Assembly (NCBI RefSeq): GCF_049243625.1
Contig: NZ_CP046975.1
DNA length: 32,000 nucleotides
Reading direction: 5' to 3' (one strand)
Source: Corynebacterium amycolatum
GTDB taxonomy: Bacteria > Actinomycetota > Actinomycetes > Mycobacteriales > Mycobacteriaceae
Below are positions 30,665-32,000 of this stretch, one piece after another. The position numbers were made by a program, and so were the translations under genes. The first letter of the stretch is position 1; each line of letters begins with the position of its first letter. The notes under the pieces were generated by a model. The model was not told the origin of the DNA and did not search any database. It saw nothing but the letters and a program-made list of their open reading frames with translations.

Positions 30665-32000
30665 GTGGCTCTGTATAGGAAGTATCGTCCGGCATCGTTC
30701 GCCGAAGTGGTGGGGCAGCGGCACGTAACTGACCCGCTGTCGGCGGCGTTGGAATCTCGGGATGCGCAGGGGCGTCCCAACCGCATTAACCATGCGTATT
30801 TGTTTTCCGGGCCGCGTGGCTGTGGCAAGACCTCGTCGGCGCGCATTATGGCGCGCAGTTTGAACTGTGCGGAGGGGCCGACGGCCACACCGTGTGGTCA
30901 GTGTGCGTCGTGTCGTGCGTTGGCGCCGGGTGGCCCGGGCAATTTGGACGTTATTGAGCTGGACGCGGCTTCGCACAATGGTGTGGAAGATATGCGTGAG
31001 CTGCGGGAAAAGGCTATCTTCCAGCCGGCGGAGTCGCGCTACCGCATCTTCATTATTGATGAGGCGCATATGATTACCGCCTCGGGTTTCAATGCGCTGT
31101 TGAAGATTGTGGAGGAGCCGCCGGAGCACCTCATCTTCATTTTTGCGACCACGGAGCCGGAGCGTGTGCTGCCGACGATTCGCTCCCGTACGCATCACTA
31201 CCCGTTCCGGTTGCTGACTCCGCCGGATATGCGCGGGTTGCTTGAACGTGTGGTGACGGCCGAGGGCGTGCAGGTGGACCCGGACGTGTATCCGCTGGTC
31301 ATCCAGGCCGGTGGTGGTTCGCCGCGTGATTCGCTGTCGATTATGGATCAGTTGATCGCTGGCTCTGGCACCGATGGCGTGGATTATGAAACTTCTGCGG
31401 CCATTCTCGGTGTCACTGACAGCGTGATTATCACGGATGCGATCGAGGCGCTGGCAGCTGGTGATCGCGCGGCCATGTTTAGTGTGGTCGGGCGTGTGAT
31501 TATGTCGGGTCAGGATCCGGCGCGGTTTGCCTCGGATCTCCTTGGACGGGTGCGTGATTTGCTGGTGCTCTCGGCGGTGCCGAATGCGCTGGAGCAGGGT
31601 CTTGTGGAGATTCCGGAGAGCCAAATCGACGGTGTGCTGGAGCAGGCCGGAAAGATTCCTCCGGCTACCCTGACGCGCTTCACGCAGGTGCTCTCTGATG
31701 GTCTGCGGCACTTCCGCGGCGTGACGTCGCCGCGTTTGCTGCTCGAGGTTCTCTGTGCGCGCATGCTCCTGCCCGCCACCGAAGACTCCGTGGAGTCGCT
31801 GCTGCAGCGCGTAGAAGCATTGGAGCACGGCAGGCCCGCGCTTGCCGACGGTTCGGGGGCTGCAACGCCCGCAGCGGCACCGGTGTCTTCCGATGCGGGT
31901 GCGGCTGAAGCGTCGCCGATGCAGTCTGGCCAGTCGGCTCGGGAGGCATGGCGTCAGCGGAATGCCCAGCGGAAGAAGGGTGCGCAGTCGGTTTCGGTCA
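30665..32000 (+). CDS. dnaX: DNA polymerase III subunits gamma/tau, N-terminal part (continues beyond the window; absent from the ORF track)
   Basis: My own translation from GTG 30665 is MALYRKYRPASFAEVVGQRHVTDPL...YLFSGPRGCGKTSSARIMARSLNC...CGQCASCRAL...IFIIDEAHMIT. This gives the clamp-loader Walker A, the Zn module and the Walker B. The frame stays open to the window end. Confidence 0.92.
   Translation, partial: MALYRKYRPASFAEVVGQRHVTDPLSAALESRDAQGRPNRINHAYLFSGPRGCGKTSSARIMARSLNCAEGPTATPCGQCASCRALAPGGPGNLDVIELDAASHNGVEDMRELREKAIFQPAESRYRIFIIDEAHMITASGFNALLKIVEEPPEHLIFIFATTEPERVLPTIRSRTHHYPFRLLTPPDMRGLLERVVTAEGVQVDPDVYPLVIQAGGGSPRDSLSIMDQLIAGSGTDGVDYETSAAILGVTDSVIITDAIEALAAGDRAAMFSVVGRVIMSGQDPARFASDLLGRVRDLLVLSAVPNALEQGLVEIPESQIDGVLEQAGKIPPATLTRFTQVLSDGLRHFRGVTSPRLLLEVLCARMLLPATEDSVESLLQRVEALEHGRPALADGSGAATPAAAPVSSDAGAAEASPMQSGQSAREAWRQRNAQRKKGAQSVSV

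Overview
This is a high-GC actinobacterial chromosome segment. Gene content and order look Corynebacterium-like: an MMPL transporter, an LpqY-SugABC-type sugar importer, and an AspT-like aminotransferase lying upstream of dnaX. Nearly all genes are on the + strand. In order, the window holds: the 3' end of an MMPL transporter; tgt; an ABC-2 exporter pair; a YhhQ-type queuosine-precursor transporter (minus strand); a lower-GC islet; gluQ; two small minus-strand genes; a flavodoxin-like protein; mntH; an unknown ORF; AMP nucleosidase; a DUF222/HNH gene; a copZ-copA-csoR copper operon with a CsoR-type operator; and tRNA-Ser(GGA). The tRNA carries a 5.8-kb integrated element with int, an unlisted xis-like HTH gene, unknown ORFs, a P4/D5-type primase-helicase, iterons and 19-bp att repeats. 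After the element come a four-gene sugar ABC importer, SRP RNA, a repeat nest, a SulP transporter, an aminotransferase, an unknown protein, and the 5' part of dnaX, which is missing from the ORF track. The most unusual signal is not a gene. Two short oligomers are hugely over-represented: ACTCCCGGAA (extended form CCCCACTCCCGGAAWTT, 15 exact copies) and GCTTGACGACG (12 exact copies). Most copies sit inside unrelated coding sequences. The first is read in all three frames and in both orientations, so it is not a protein motif. The two oligomers occur in a fixed order and orientation relative to each other, pair into hairpins at gene 3' ends, and are completely absent from the integrated element. 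I cannot assign them a function from sequence alone. Candidate explanations are uptake-signal-like sequences, decayed copies of an in-frame-inserting palindromic mini-element, or sites for an abundant DNA-binding or recombination protein.
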